The position numbers and the translations under genes were made by a program. Below, in pieces: positions 49,363-59,241 of a stretch of DNA of 64,000 nt; position 1 is the stretch's first letter; every line of letters starts with the position of its first letter. Below the pieces are notes generated by a model. It was not told the origin of the DNA, searched no databases, and worked only from the letters and a program-made list of their open reading frames with translations. The stretch spans positions 1,152,001 through 1,216,000 of the forward strand of contig OZ219917.1 in the NCBI GenBank assembly GCA_964291415.2, in the 5' to 3' direction. This DNA comes from Alphaproteobacteria bacterium. GTDB taxonomy: Bacteria > Pseudomonadota > Alphaproteobacteria > SP197.

Positions 49363-52300
49363 ATGGTCGCCACCGTCACCGCCATCACGTCCGCTTCGGC
49401 GACGGTGCACTACTTCGAACAGGAGGGATACTACGCCAGGAACTCTCCCGAGCACCGCCGGGCGAGCTTCTGGCACGGCGCCGCGGCCCGGGCTCTCGGT
49501 CTCGGCCGCCACGTCAAGCCGAAGATCTTCGAATCCATCCTCGCCGGCCATGTTCCCGGCACCGGCCAGCGCCTGGGCCGGGCGCGGGACGGCGAGCACC
49601 AGCACCGCCCGGGCGTCGACATCACGTTCTCGGCGCCGAAGTCGGTGTCGCTGCAGGCCCTGGTGAGGGGAGACGAACGGGTCATCAGGGCTCACGACGA
49701 GGCGGTGCGCAGCACCCTCGACATGATCGAGCGGGACTTCCTGGTGACGCGGGTTCACAACCCGGCGACGGGCAGACGCGAGCGCCGGCGGGCCCAGGGC
49801 ATGGTGGCGGGCACCTTCCGGCATCTGGCCAGCCGCAACCTCGATCCCCAGCTCCACACGCACAGCGTGGTGGCCAACATGACCCGCGGCCCGGACGGGT
49901 CCTGGCGCAGCCTCGACACCGGCGGGCTCCACTCCCGGCGCCTGCTGATCGGCGCCCACTATCGGGGCGAGCTGGCGCGGCGATTGATGGATCTCGGCTA
50001 CGAGCTCGAGGAGACGATGATCGGGCCGGTGCCGGGGTTCGAGATCGCCGGCTGGGAGAAGGAGACGCTCGACGCCTTTTCGACGCGCAGGAAGGAGATC
50101 GTCGAGCACGTCGAGGAGAAGGGCTGGGACTACAACGCGGCGACGGCCCAGGCGGCGACGCTGGCGACGCGGCGGCGCAAGAACGAGCCCCACCGGGAGA
50201 TCCTGACCGGCATGTGGCGCGAGCGTGCCGAATATCTGGGCATCGACCTCAGGCGCCGGCGCCTGACGCGCTCCGCGCCGCCCCCGGCACCGTCGGCCCT
50301 GGAGGTTGTGGCGCGGGTTGCCGAACACCTCGAGGAACGCCAGTCGGTCATCGCCGTCCACGACCTGGTGGCGGGCGCCCTCGCCCACGCACCGGGCCGT
50401 CACGACATGGCGGAGATCATGAGCGCCATCGACCGGCTGCGCCGTGACGGCCATCTCGTCGACGCCATCCGCTCGCGCGGCGGACCCTCCCTCGTCACGG
50501 ACCGGGCGCTCAAGGCCGAGCGCGAGGTCGTGCGCCGCATGAAGGAGGGTGTGGGCGCCACGGCGGCGATCGTGCCGGCCGAAGCCGTCGAGCAGAAGCT
50601 CGCGGGCGCCACCCTCACGCCGGGTCAGCAAGAGGCTCTCCGTCTCATCCTGGGCGAGGGCGATTCAATCGTCGGCGTGCAGGGGTTTGCAGGCACGGGG
50701 AAGACGACGATGCTGCGCGAGGTCGTCGACCTCGCCGGTGCCGAGACCATCGTCGGTCTGGCGCCCTCGTCGAGCGCCGCCCGGACGCTTGCGCGGGAGG
50801 CCGGCATCGCCACCCGGACCCTGCAGGGGTTCCTGGTGCGCCACGGCGATCTCTCGCCAGAGACGGCGGGGTCCTTCGCCGGCAAGGTGCTGGTGGTGGA
50901 CGAGATGTCGCTCGCCAGCACCGCGCAGACGAGATCGCTCATGAGGATCGCCGATCACCTCGGCGCGGCCAGGCTGGTGATGGTGGGCGACAGCCGGCAG
51001 CTGCGCGCCGTCGAGGCGGGCCAGCCCTTCCGCCAGCTGCAGCAGGCGGGGATGGCGACCGCGGTCATGGACGACATCCGCCGCCAGCGCAGCCCGGGCC
51101 TCAAGGCCGCGGTTCTGGACGCCATTGCCGGCAAGCCCGGCGCAGCCCTGACGAAGCTCGGCGCCGACGTCCTCGAGGTCGACCACGAGGACCTCGGAAC
51201 CAGTGCGGCGCGCATCTGGCTGGCGCTCTCGGCCGACGATCGCGCCGAGACGGCGCTGATGGCCCCCACCCACGTGCTGCGCCGGGAGATCAATGCCACC
51301 GTCAGGGACGGCCTCCGCGAAGAGGGCGTGCTCCGCGGGCGCCGCGTCACGCTCCCCACGCTCGTCAACCTCTCCATGACCCGGGCCCAGAAGCGCGAGA
51401 TCCGCAACTACCGCGAGGGCGACGTGGTGGTCTTCCACAACGACCTCCGCCACTACCGGGTGAGGTCGGGCGACATCTGCCCCATCTCGAGCATCGACGG
51501 CGAGCGTCTCCTGCTCGGCCACTCGGACGGCAAGGCCCGCCACGTGAAGCCCGATTCGGATGTCCGCTACCGCTACGACGTCTTCGAGAGCGACGCAATC
51601 GATCTCGAGGCCGGCGACCGCATCCGCTGGACCCGCAACCACAACCCGAGCGGCCTCGTCAACGGCGCCACCGCGACGGTCGAGAGGATCGGGAAGACGT
51701 CACTCGTCCTCAAGACCGACGAAGGCCGGCGCCTCGAGATGGAACTCGACGATCCGCGGCTGCGCCACATCGCGCACGCCTATGCGACGACGGTGCACGC
51801 GGCCCAGGGCCTCACCCGCGACAAGGTGATCGCGGTTCTCGATTCGGGCCACGGGCAGCTGGCCAACCAGCAGACCTTCTACGTCGAGATCAGCCGGGCC
51901 CGTGACGAGGCGATCATCGTCACCGACAACCGCGAGCAATTGGCCGAGACCCTGGAGGAGAACACGGGCGAGGTGCTGACCGCGCTGGAGGCGGTGGGCG
52001 AGAGCCTCGACGAGGGCGCGATCGCCCGGCGCGTGCCCGAGAAGGAGAGCGTCGCGGACCTCGGCGTGGAACCCCTGGCGGTCGGCCGCTGGAAGCGCGC
52101 ATGGAACCCGGACCTTGCGCCAGACGAGCCTGCGGCGCTTGCGCAGCTGAAGACGCTGGCCGCCATGAGGGAATCACCCGATGAACGGGTGGCGGCCTGG
52201 GCCTCCGCGGAGTGGGCCCGCGAGAGCGCCCGGGCGGTCGCGCATGTCGAGGCGCGCCTGGCCGACGCCCTCGAGCGCCGGCCGGCGCTCCGGGTCGGCG

Positions 52301-53652
52301 AGGGAACGGATGCCGCCGGCTACGCCGCCTGGCGCTTCGCGGCGGAGTCGGGCCTGGCTGCGGCGCGTGAGCTGACGGGCATGACCGAGGCGCCGGATCT
52401 CGCCGGACTCGCCGCCCGTGCCGAGTCGCTGCTGGCCGGTGACGACCGCGTCCTTGCCCGGCAGGCGACGGACGACCATGCCGCGGCCTGGGAGGCGCGC
52501 TGGCACGCCCTGGAACGACGCGCCGGCGAGGCAGGGCTGTCGGTCCACGACCACGGCGAGGCGTCCGGCGCCGTCGATCACGCGCGGCGGATCCTTGCGG
52601 ATCCTGCCCTGGCCGGCGGCAGCCGGGACCGGATTGCCGCAACCGTCGAGGCCTTCGATGCCCGCGCACGAGCCCGCCGGCGGGCCGACGCATGGCTTGC
52701 CGCGTGGCAGGGGCGCCACCCCGCCGACCCGGCGGAGGCGATGATCGGCGCTGGCCGCGTGCTCGCTGCCGATCCCGCCCTGCCCGCGGCGCTGAAGTCC
52801 CGTCTCGATCGTGCCATCGGCCGCCATGAACGCCTGGCCCGGGAGGAATCCCTGACGGCAGCCGCGGAGACCGCGGAGCCTTCGATCGACGGCGCCCGGC
52901 CGGGCGCGCCGGTGACGCCCGAACCGGTGACGAAAGACGCCGCACCGCCCCCGCCGCCCATCGTCGAGGACGAACGGGAACGCGAGGCGCGGCGCGAGCG
53001 GGCCCGTCAGGCGGCCAACCGGGCGCGCCGGCAGGCCGACGACGCCCGGCGCCGGCTGGAGGACTGGGAGACGCACCTCGCCCATGGCCGCCTCGGTCAC
53101 GTGATCGTCCTGGCGGACGCGGCGGCACGGAATCGCGATCTCGGCACGCAAGACCGCCGCCGTCTCGAGGAGGCGACGGCCCTGGCCCGCCGGCGCCTCG
53201 AGACCCACGAGGCGTATCGGGACTGGCAGAATGCCTGCCGGGCTCATGACACTGCCGCGAAGTCGCAGGGGCGCCACGCGCTCGACGACCCCGGCTGGCG
53301 GGACCTCGCGGCCCGCGCGGGCCGCCTTGCGGAGAACCCGGATTCGAGCGCCACGGCGCGCCGGGCGGCAGCGGAGTGGCTCGCGGCGTCGAAGGACATG
53401 GCGGAGGCCCGCCTGGCTTTCATCGAAAGGCGTCTGGCGTGGGAACGTGTGGAGGCCGAAGCGCAGGCTGCAGGACGGAACCCGCTCGATCTTCCCGAGG
53501 CCGGCGAGGTGGTGGCATGGCTGCGGGAGAACCCGGAAAGCGCCGGCGCCACCGAGGGCGAACGGCAGGCCATGAAGGATGTGGTGGCCCGTCACGAGGC
53601 CCGGCAGGCCGAACGCAAGAGCCGTGACCGCGGGTTCAGCTGGCGACTGTAG
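49363..53652 (+). CDS. MOBF (TrwC-type) relaxase-helicase with long C-terminal extension
   Basis: YFEQEGYY, DITFSAPKSVS, DPQLHTH, GFAGTGKTT, VDEMS, HAYATTVHAAQG, YVEISRAR. Confidence 0.95.
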   Translation: MVATVTAITSASATVHYFEQEGYYARNSPEHRRASFWHGAAARALGLGRHVKPKIFESILAGHVPGTGQRLGRARDGEHQHRPGVDITFSAPKSVSLQALVRGDERVIRAHDEAVRSTLDMIERDFLVTRVHNPATGRRERRRAQGMVAGTFRHLASRNLDPQLHTHSVVANMTRGPDGSWRSLDTGGLHSRRLLIGAHYRGELARRLMDLGYELEETMIGPVPGFEIAGWEKETLDAFSTRRKEIVEHVEEKGWDYNAATAQAATLATRRRKNEPHREILTGMWRERAEYLGIDLRRRRLTRSAPPPAPSALEVVARVAEHLEERQSVIAVHDLVAGALAHAPGRHDMAEIMSAIDRLRRDGHLVDAIRSRGGPSLVTDRALKAEREVVRRMKEGVGATAAIVPAEAVEQKLAGATLTPGQQEALRLILGEGDSIVGVQGFAGTGKTTMLREVVDLAGAETIVGLAPSSSAARTLAREAGIATRTLQGFLVRHGDLSPETAGSFAGKVLVVDEMSLASTAQTRSLMRIADHLGAARLVMVGDSRQLRAVEAGQPFRQLQQAGMATAVMDDIRRQRSPGLKAAVLDAIAGKPGAALTKLGADVLEVDHEDLGTSAARIWLALSADDRAETALMAPTHVLRREINATVRDGLREEGVLRGRRVTLPTLVNLSMTRAQKREIRNYREGDVVVFHNDLRHYRVRSGDICPISSIDGERLLLGHSDGKARHVKPDSDVRYRYDVFESDAIDLEAGDRIRWTRNHNPSGLVNGATATVERIGKTSLVLKTDEGRRLEMELDDPRLRHIAHAYATTVHAAQGLTRDKVIAVLDSGHGQLANQQTFYVEISRARDEAIIVTDNREQLAETLEENTGEVLTALEAVGESLDEGAIARRVPEKESVADLGVEPLAVGRWKRAWNPDLAPDEPAALAQLKTLAAMRESPDERVAAWASAEWARESARAVAHVEARLADALERRPALRVGEGTDAAGYAAWRFAAESGLAAARELTGMTEAPDLAGLAARAESLLAGDDRVLARQATDDHAAAWEARWHALERRAGEAGLSVHDHGEASGAVDHARRILADPALAGGSRDRIAATVEAFDARARARRRADAWLAAWQGRHPADPAEAMIGAGRVLAADPALPAALKSRLDRAIGRHERLAREESLTAAAETAEPSIDGARPGAPVTPEPVTKDAAPPPPPIVEDEREREARRERARQAANRARRQADDARRRLEDWETHLAHGRLGHVIVLADAAARNRDLGTQDRRRLEEATALARRRLETHEAYRDWQNACRAHDTAAKSQGRHALDDPGWRDLAARAGRLAENPDSSATARRAAAEWLAASKDMAEARLAFIERRLAWERVEAEAQAAGRNPLDLPEAGEVVAWLRENPESAGATEGERQAMKDVVARHEARQAERKSRDRGFSWRL

Positions 53653-53886
53653 GCCGGTTGCGCTCCCGGGACCTCTTCCACGCGCCGGGCGGCGCAGTTC
53701 TCCCGGATCGCCTGATCGAGCTGACGGACCATGGTTTCGGGACGCCCTCGACGTCACCCCGGTCACGGCAGCACGCTGGCTCATGACCTTCCAGGAGCGT
53801 ACGATGCGCCGGCGCGCCATGCTGCAACAGACGCGAACCGCGAAGGAGGGGGCAAGGACAGCCTCACCCACCAGGAGCATCGCCTC

Positions 53887-54423
53887 ATGACCATTCTGTC
53901 GTCTCTGTTGGACTGCGAGCCCAGGCGACCGCGAGCCGGGTCCGCTGACTGGGATAGCGGGCCGCCGCCATCGCGCTGCCCGGGCGTGACCCGCGCAGGG
54001 TGTCTGATCCTGGTGCGAGCGGTCGACACGAAGTGGCCGCACGCCGAAGCATTTGTCGGAGGCACGAGGCTGCCGGGCTACCTGGACGGCATCGATGTCG
54101 GCACCGTGCTGGTCCACCGCGCGGGCGATTCCGCCATGCCGCTTGACGAGAGACCGTGGCAGGCCGGCAGGGCCCACCTCGACGGCGTCCGCTGGGAGGA
54201 AAAGACCTGGCCGGTCGAGGACTTCATCGCCTTCCGGGATCACGTCGCCAGTCTCATGGAGTTCACGGTTCCCGGCGACGAGCGCCCGCAATCACGCAAC
54301 CTGCCCGTGGCGAGCGACGCCACCTCGCCCGACCGCGACGTCGCCGAATCCCGGACCGCCATCCCGGGGCTGCGTCAGGCTTCGCAGAGGCGCTCGCCGA
54401 ACGGCACAAGGAGGGAACCATGA
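53887..54423 (+). CDS. Hypothetical protein, tandem paralog 1
   Basis: Shares RPWQAGR.HLDGVRWEEKTWP..DFIAFRDHVASLMEFTVPGD with the next gene. Confidence 0.55.
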   Translation: MTILSSLLDCEPRRPRAGSADWDSGPPPSRCPGVTRAGCLILVRAVDTKWPHAEAFVGGTRLPGYLDGIDVGTVLVHRAGDSAMPLDERPWQAGRAHLDGVRWEEKTWPVEDFIAFRDHVASLMEFTVPGDERPQSRNLPVASDATSPDRDVAESRTAIPGLRQASQRRSPNGTRREP

Positions 54424-54818
54424 ACGACCGACCTCGCCCGGCATACCTCCAGCGCACGATCCGCGAGGGGTACATCATCCTCGTCGACGCGGTCGACACC
54501 TCCTGGACCAACGGCGGCGCCTTCGAGGGCGACGACACCCTGCCGGATCAGTTGGCCGACGTCCATGTCGGCACCGTCCTGGTGCGCTGCCCCGTCGACC
54601 CCGCCATTCCGCCAGGGAAGAGGCCATGGCAGGCCGGTCGGGTGCACCTCGACGGCGTCCGCTGGGAAGAGAAGACCTGGCCCCGCAAGGACTTCATCGC
54701 CTTCCGGGACCACGTCGCCAGCCTCATGGAGTTCACGGTTCCCGGCGACGTGCGCTGGGAGTTCCGCAACCTGCCCGTGGTGAGCGATGCGCCGCCGGCT
54801 GGCCGCGACGTCGCCTGA
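54420..54818 (+). CDS. Hypothetical protein, tandem paralog 2
   Basis: RBS GAGGG, ATGA overlap, near-identical core to paralog 1. Confidence 0.65.
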   Translation: MNDRPRPAYLQRTIREGYIILVDAVDTSWTNGGAFEGDDTLPDQLADVHVGTVLVRCPVDPAIPPGKRPWQAGRVHLDGVRWEEKTWPRKDFIAFRDHVASLMEFTVPGDVRWEFRNLPVVSDAPPAGRDVA

Positions 54819-55181
54819 TCCACCTTCACCGCCCTCGCCCGCCTCGAGAGACGGAGAGCCCCGCAGGCCACGCGGTGTCGCCGCCCGCCGCCGCCCACCG
54901 CCGAGTGCGATGGCCGGGGCGGCCGAGGGTGATTGACGGGCGATCATCGGCGCCTCGCCGCGAAACGCCTCTCTACGGGCTTTCGTGGCGCTCTCAGGCG
55001 CGACACGCATCGTGCTGCAGCGATCGGTCTTTCCGCGGCATGGACGGCCCGCCGTCCCGCACTCTCAGCCGGTGGCCGCCGCGTCACAAGAACCGTGAGG
55101 CAGGCCATGCCGGATGCCGTGTCGCGCCTGGGATACCCGGCGGCCGTGGCAGCGGCCCGGCCGCGGGATCCGCTGGTGGCT

Positions 55182-55610
55182 TCAGGTGCGGTTGCGCGCG
55201 TACACCTCTTCCTCGATCCTGGCGGCGCGGCTGTCCTGCAGGACCTGTTCGAGCAGGCGGACCATCGTCCCGTGATGGCCGGTGCGGGTCATCGCGTCGA
55301 GCCTGACCTCGAAGAGCACCCTCAGGGTCTCGGCGAAGCCCGGCGTCCCGTCCGTCCCCTCCAGCGCCCGGACGGTCTCGGCGGTGGCCTTGACGGTCTC
55401 CAGCAGGGTTCGCTGTTCTTCCGGGCCGAGGACGAGGCGGGGCGGGTTCCTCACCTTCGACGGCGGGTTGCGGTTGAGCGCGCGATCGACAAGGAGCTTC
55501 GACATCGAGACGCCCTCGCGGTCCGCAATGGCGCGGATGCGCTCGCGCTCGAGACGGCTGCACGAGATCGAGTGCATGGTGGCCCTCTCCTCGACGCGCC
55601 GGCCCGTCAC
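55182..55610 (-). CDS. RHH / MobC-like protein 3
   Basis: HSISCSRLERERIRAIADREGVSMSKLLV. Confidence 0.75.
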   Translation of the reverse strand: MTGRRVEERATMHSISCSRLERERIRAIADREGVSMSKLLVDRALNRNPPSKVRNPPRLVLGPEEQRTLLETVKATAETVRALEGTDGTPGFAETLRVLFEVRLDAMTRTGHHGTMVRLLEQVLQDSRAARIEEEVYARNRT

Positions 55611-55930
55611 GGTCCTTCTCTCCCGGCATCGCGCTGCGCCTGGAAGTCCCGGGCGGCGAGATAGAGGAACGACAGAGCTTCCATGGCCGTGACGTCGCTC
55701 CCCGGCAGGGGTTCCATCAGGTCCTCGAGAAGAAGCAGGGTCCGGTTCACCCGGTTGAGGAGGTCGCGCTGCTCCGCTTCCGTGAGCGTCAGGCGCATGT
55801 CGTCCTCGTCCTCCAGAGCACAGGCGACGAAAAAGCGCGAGATCGTCATCTTCGCCTCCTTCGCCCGCCGGCCGATCTCCGCCCAGTCGCTCGGCCGGCA
55901 GCTGACGCTGAACTGCTGGTGGCGTCTCAT
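55607..55930 (-). CDS. RHH / MobC-like protein 2
   Basis: FSVSCRPSDWAEIGRRAKEAKMTISRFFV. Confidence 0.75.
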   Translation of the reverse strand: MRRHQQFSVSCRPSDWAEIGRRAKEAKMTISRFFVACALEDEDDMRLTLTEAEQRDLLNRVNRTLLLLEDLMEPLPGSDVTAMEALSFLYLAARDFQAQRDAGREGP

Positions 55931-56259
55931 GTGCCCGGCTCCGTCCCGTCCATGCGGGCCTCGGCTTCCAGCAACGCCTCGACCTCGTCGCCGATCGCCC
56001 GCCAGGCCTCGCCCTCGCCGGCGCGCTCGAAGCGGTATTGCTCGATGCGGGCGAGCACCATGAGGCGGTGGGCAAGGCGCCACTGCAGGTCGGCCGGCAG
56101 GCCCTCCGGTCGTGGTGGCGTTGTGGCCAGGGCCCGCTGCACGACGTAGCGGGACTTGGGCATGTCGAGAGCCTTCGCGTTCTCGTCGATCCGCGCCCAC
56201 TCGCTGTCCGTGGCCATGATGGTGCGCGCCTTGCGGCGCGGATCCTTCGCCTCCATCAT
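55927..56259 (-). CDS. RHH / MobC-like protein 1
   Basis: RTIMATDSEWARIDENAKALDMPKSRYVV. Confidence 0.75.
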   Translation of the reverse strand: MMEAKDPRRKARTIMATDSEWARIDENAKALDMPKSRYVVQRALATTPPRPEGLPADLQWRLAHRLMVLARIEQYRFERAGEGEAWRAIGDEVEALLEAEARMDGTEPGT

Positions 56260-56605
56260 GGGCTCATGCGCCGGCTGACGGAACGACACAGGGAAGCCGT
56301 GACGGCGTGTCGGACCGGGAAATCGGGAGATTCAACGGTCCAACAACACCATGGGTTCCATGTGTCCCCATTGTGCGGCTTTGACGTGGATGGCGGGTGT
56401 TGTGCGGTACCTGGGCCATGCTGGCAATGCTACGGAATTTTTCCGCAACTGCAACTATGAGACGACAGAAATGTCTTCTTGTATACGCCTTGTGTCGTCG
56501 TCAGGGGTTGACGGGGTCATGTTTATCACGTAGTTACAGCAGCATGGAGAGAAGGCGGAAGCGTAAGGTTGTTTGATATATGTGTGATTGTCACTATTGG
56601 TCTGT

Positions 56606-57172
56606 CACACCGACCAGTCCTACGAGGAGGTGCCGGCGAGCGCCACCATGCTCTATTCGATCCTGGCGCCCCGTGCAGGTGGCGAAACGCAGTTCTGCGA
56701 CATGGCGGGGGCCTATGATTCCCTCGACGCCGCCACCAGGGAGAGGATCGACTCCCTCGAGGTGGCGCACAAGTACGGACGTGGCCGCCGCCTTGCGGGC
56801 GAAGCCACGGTCAATCCGATCATCAACGACGACCAGGACCGCCGGGTGCCGCCGGTCCATCACCCACTGGTGATGCGCCATCCGGTCACCGGCAGGAAGA
56901 CACTCTACGCAATCGGTCACGGAGCCTACGCCATCAGGGACATGGCCTCTAGGGAGGCCGGTGCGTTGCTCGATTCGCTGAAGGCCCATGCGTTGCGCGA
57001 GGAGCATATCTATCGTCACCACTATCGCCCGGGCGATCTCGTCATCTGGGATACCCTGCAGACGATGCATGCGGCGAGCCCCATCGCCTTTGCCACGTCG
57101 CAGGAGAACGCCCGCCTTCTCTGGCGGATCAGCGTGCGCGGACTGCCGCAGGTCCTGTCACGGACCGTCTGA
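56606..57172 (+). pseudogene. TauD/TfdA dioxygenase, 3' half
   Basis: HTDQSY, GGETQF, HPLVMRHPVTGRKTLY, GDLVIWD...MH, RLLWRISV. Confidence 0.92.
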
Positions 57173-57175
57173 TCG

Positions 57176-57589
57176 ATGTCGCCGGTCAGCGGAGGGTGCC
57201 TGTGCGGCGCCGTGCGGTATCGCATCGATGCGCCGCCGCTGTGGACGGCCTACTGTCACTGCCGGAGTTGCCGGCGCGCCACCGGCGCTCCCGTTTCCGC
57301 CTTTGTCGGGGCGGCCGCGTCGTCCGTGACCTTCACCGCCGGCCATCGGGCCATCCATGAATCCTCGCCCGGCGTCAGGCGAGGGTTCTGCGCTTCCTGC
57401 GGCACACCGTTGACCTACGAATCGGACGAGGTCCCCGGTGAAATCCACTTCTTTACGGGGACCTTCGACGACCCCGATTCCCTGCCACCCGCCCTGCATG
57501 TCTGGCACGAGGAGGCGCTTGCTTGGTTCGATACCGACGATGCGCTTGTCCGCCACGCACGAGGCAGTGGCCGCCTGGACGACAGGTGA
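57176..57589 (+). CDS. GFA/CENP-V family protein
   Basis: GGCLCGAVRY, CHCRSCRR, RGFCASCG. Confidence 0.92.
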   Translation: MSPVSGGCLCGAVRYRIDAPPLWTAYCHCRSCRRATGAPVSAFVGAAASSVTFTAGHRAIHESSPGVRRGFCASCGTPLTYESDEVPGEIHFFTGTFDDPDSLPPALHVWHEEALAWFDTDDALVRHARGSGRLDDR

Positions 57590-57594
57590 GGGCT

Positions 57595-57810
57595 TCAGGC
57601 AAGGAGGGCGAAGACACCGCCGATGGCGATGATCACGAAGCCTGTGACCATGAACTTCGCCATCGAGAGCCTGAAGCGCGGGTTGGTGATATCCGCATGC
57701 TCGCGCTGGTGTTCCGTAAAGCTCATGTTGAGAATGTTGGCGAGCGAAAGCAGCCCGAACCCGACGATCATGATGCCCAGGGTGATGAAGATGACGGCCG
57801 CCACGTCCAT
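57595..57810 (-). CDS. Small 2-TM membrane protein
   Basis: Two hydrophobic helices. Confidence 0.5.
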   Translation of the reverse strand: MDVAAVIFITLGIMIVGFGLLSLANILNMSFTEHQREHADITNPRFRLSMAKFMVTGFVIIAIGGVFALLA

Positions 57811-58193
57811 GGATACCGATGGTACACGAAGGACGACGCGATACAATCGACCGACGCGTCGTTGCCGCTGGAGAAGACGAACACGCCTCTGGCAGATCCC
57901 ACCCTGTCAATCGCGCATGCAGAAGAGCTGCAGGCCGCTGACGTCCACGGCACTGCCGCCCGGGCATGTCTCCGGCGTTCCCAGGCCGTCTTGTCCCCGC
58001 GGTGCGAGGAGTCAATCATCGGGGAGCGCCGACGGTTCCGATCGAGGGATTCAGGGAGGACGTCGGCAACCATGACCGAGATCCGGAGGGTCTTGGGTTT
58101 CGGGCGTGGTCCGTGGTATCCGTCGGTCATGTCGAGCAACCCTGGCAAACGCGCTTCCCCAATGGTGTTGCCACGACTCGGTCATTCCTCGGG

Positions 58194-58988
58194 ATGACAC
58201 CCGGCGGACATTCGCGTCTTTCGACGTTCGCGACAATGGCCCTCGCGGCCGGACTGTGTCTGGTGTGCGAACTCGCCCTTGCCGGAGACTACTATCTGCG
58301 CGGCGGCATCGGCCTCGACAGGCGGGAGACGGCAGACTTTACCGACACCGATTGCTCCACGGCCACTCCGGCGGCGCTCTACGGCTGCGGAACCGGAGGC
58401 GATGGTGCGCCCTATCGTTCGACGGGAGACTTCGGGACGGTGCCCTCGGTGGAACTCGGACTGGGCTACGATACCGGGGCGGTCCGGTTCGAGGTGCTGG
58501 CCGAGTACCGGCCCGGCTACTCCTTCGAGGGCCGCGCGAACTTCCTGGCGCCGGAGCGCCGGCAGGACGTATCGGCAGACCTGTCGTCTCTCTCCGGGAT
58601 GATCGCCGGTTTCGTTGATCTCACCGCCCTGGGGGCGCCCGAATTCGGCCCCTTTGCGCCCTTCATCGGTGCGGGAATCGGCGCCGTGCACACCAGGATC
58701 GGGCAAACGACCATGACGTTTCCGGCGACGACGACCATCGTGCCGGGCGGCAGCCGGACCGGACTGGCGTGGATGGCGACGGCCGGGGTCGCACTGGCGC
58801 TCGACGAGCGCGTCAGCCTCGATCTGGCCTGGCGCTACACGGACCTCGGCGAGGTCCGCACGCCGCGCGGGCCGGGCCGGGTCGTCTGGCGCGACGGAAG
58901 CCGGGCGCCATTGCCGCTTGATCTCGCGCCGACCAAGGCGAGGCTCGAGAGCCACGGCGTCCGGCTGTCTCTGCGTTACAGGTTCTGA
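58194..58988 (+). CDS. Opacity-family / 8-stranded outer-membrane beta-barrel
   Basis: YYLRGGIG, PFIGAGIG, LDLAWRYTDLG, LRYRF terminus. Confidence 0.85.
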   Translation: MTPGGHSRLSTFATMALAAGLCLVCELALAGDYYLRGGIGLDRRETADFTDTDCSTATPAALYGCGTGGDGAPYRSTGDFGTVPSVELGLGYDTGAVRFEVLAEYRPGYSFEGRANFLAPERRQDVSADLSSLSGMIAGFVDLTALGAPEFGPFAPFIGAGIGAVHTRIGQTTMTFPATTTIVPGGSRTGLAWMATAGVALALDERVSLDLAWRYTDLGEVRTPRGPGRVVWRDGSRAPLPLDLAPTKARLESHGVRLSLRYRF

Positions 58989-59241
58989 CGACGGTACCTC
59001 TCTCCTGGTGGACGTTGTCTCACGAACCTCAGACTTGCAGGTCCGATGCGCACTGTGATTCTCCTCATTGGCGCCGTTGCCAGCGGTCGTGCCAGGATCG
59101 ATCCGGACGAGAGGCAAGCGTCGGCGCGGCTCTGCCAACAAGCCGACCCCGGTGCTTGCGTCGCATCGCCGGTCTGCTTCATGCCTCCATTTCCCCTGCG
59201 GCGAACATGCTTGTGATCGGAACGGCGCCTGCCGTTGCTTC

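Larger units (their letters stand above)
33984..56616 (+). mobile_element. Right IME, ~22.6 kb, inserted in tauD
   Basis: 11-bp direct repeat CACACCGACCA at 33984-33994 and 56606-56616; the tauD halves join in frame; contains integrase pair, relaxase and RHH genes. Confidence 0.92.
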
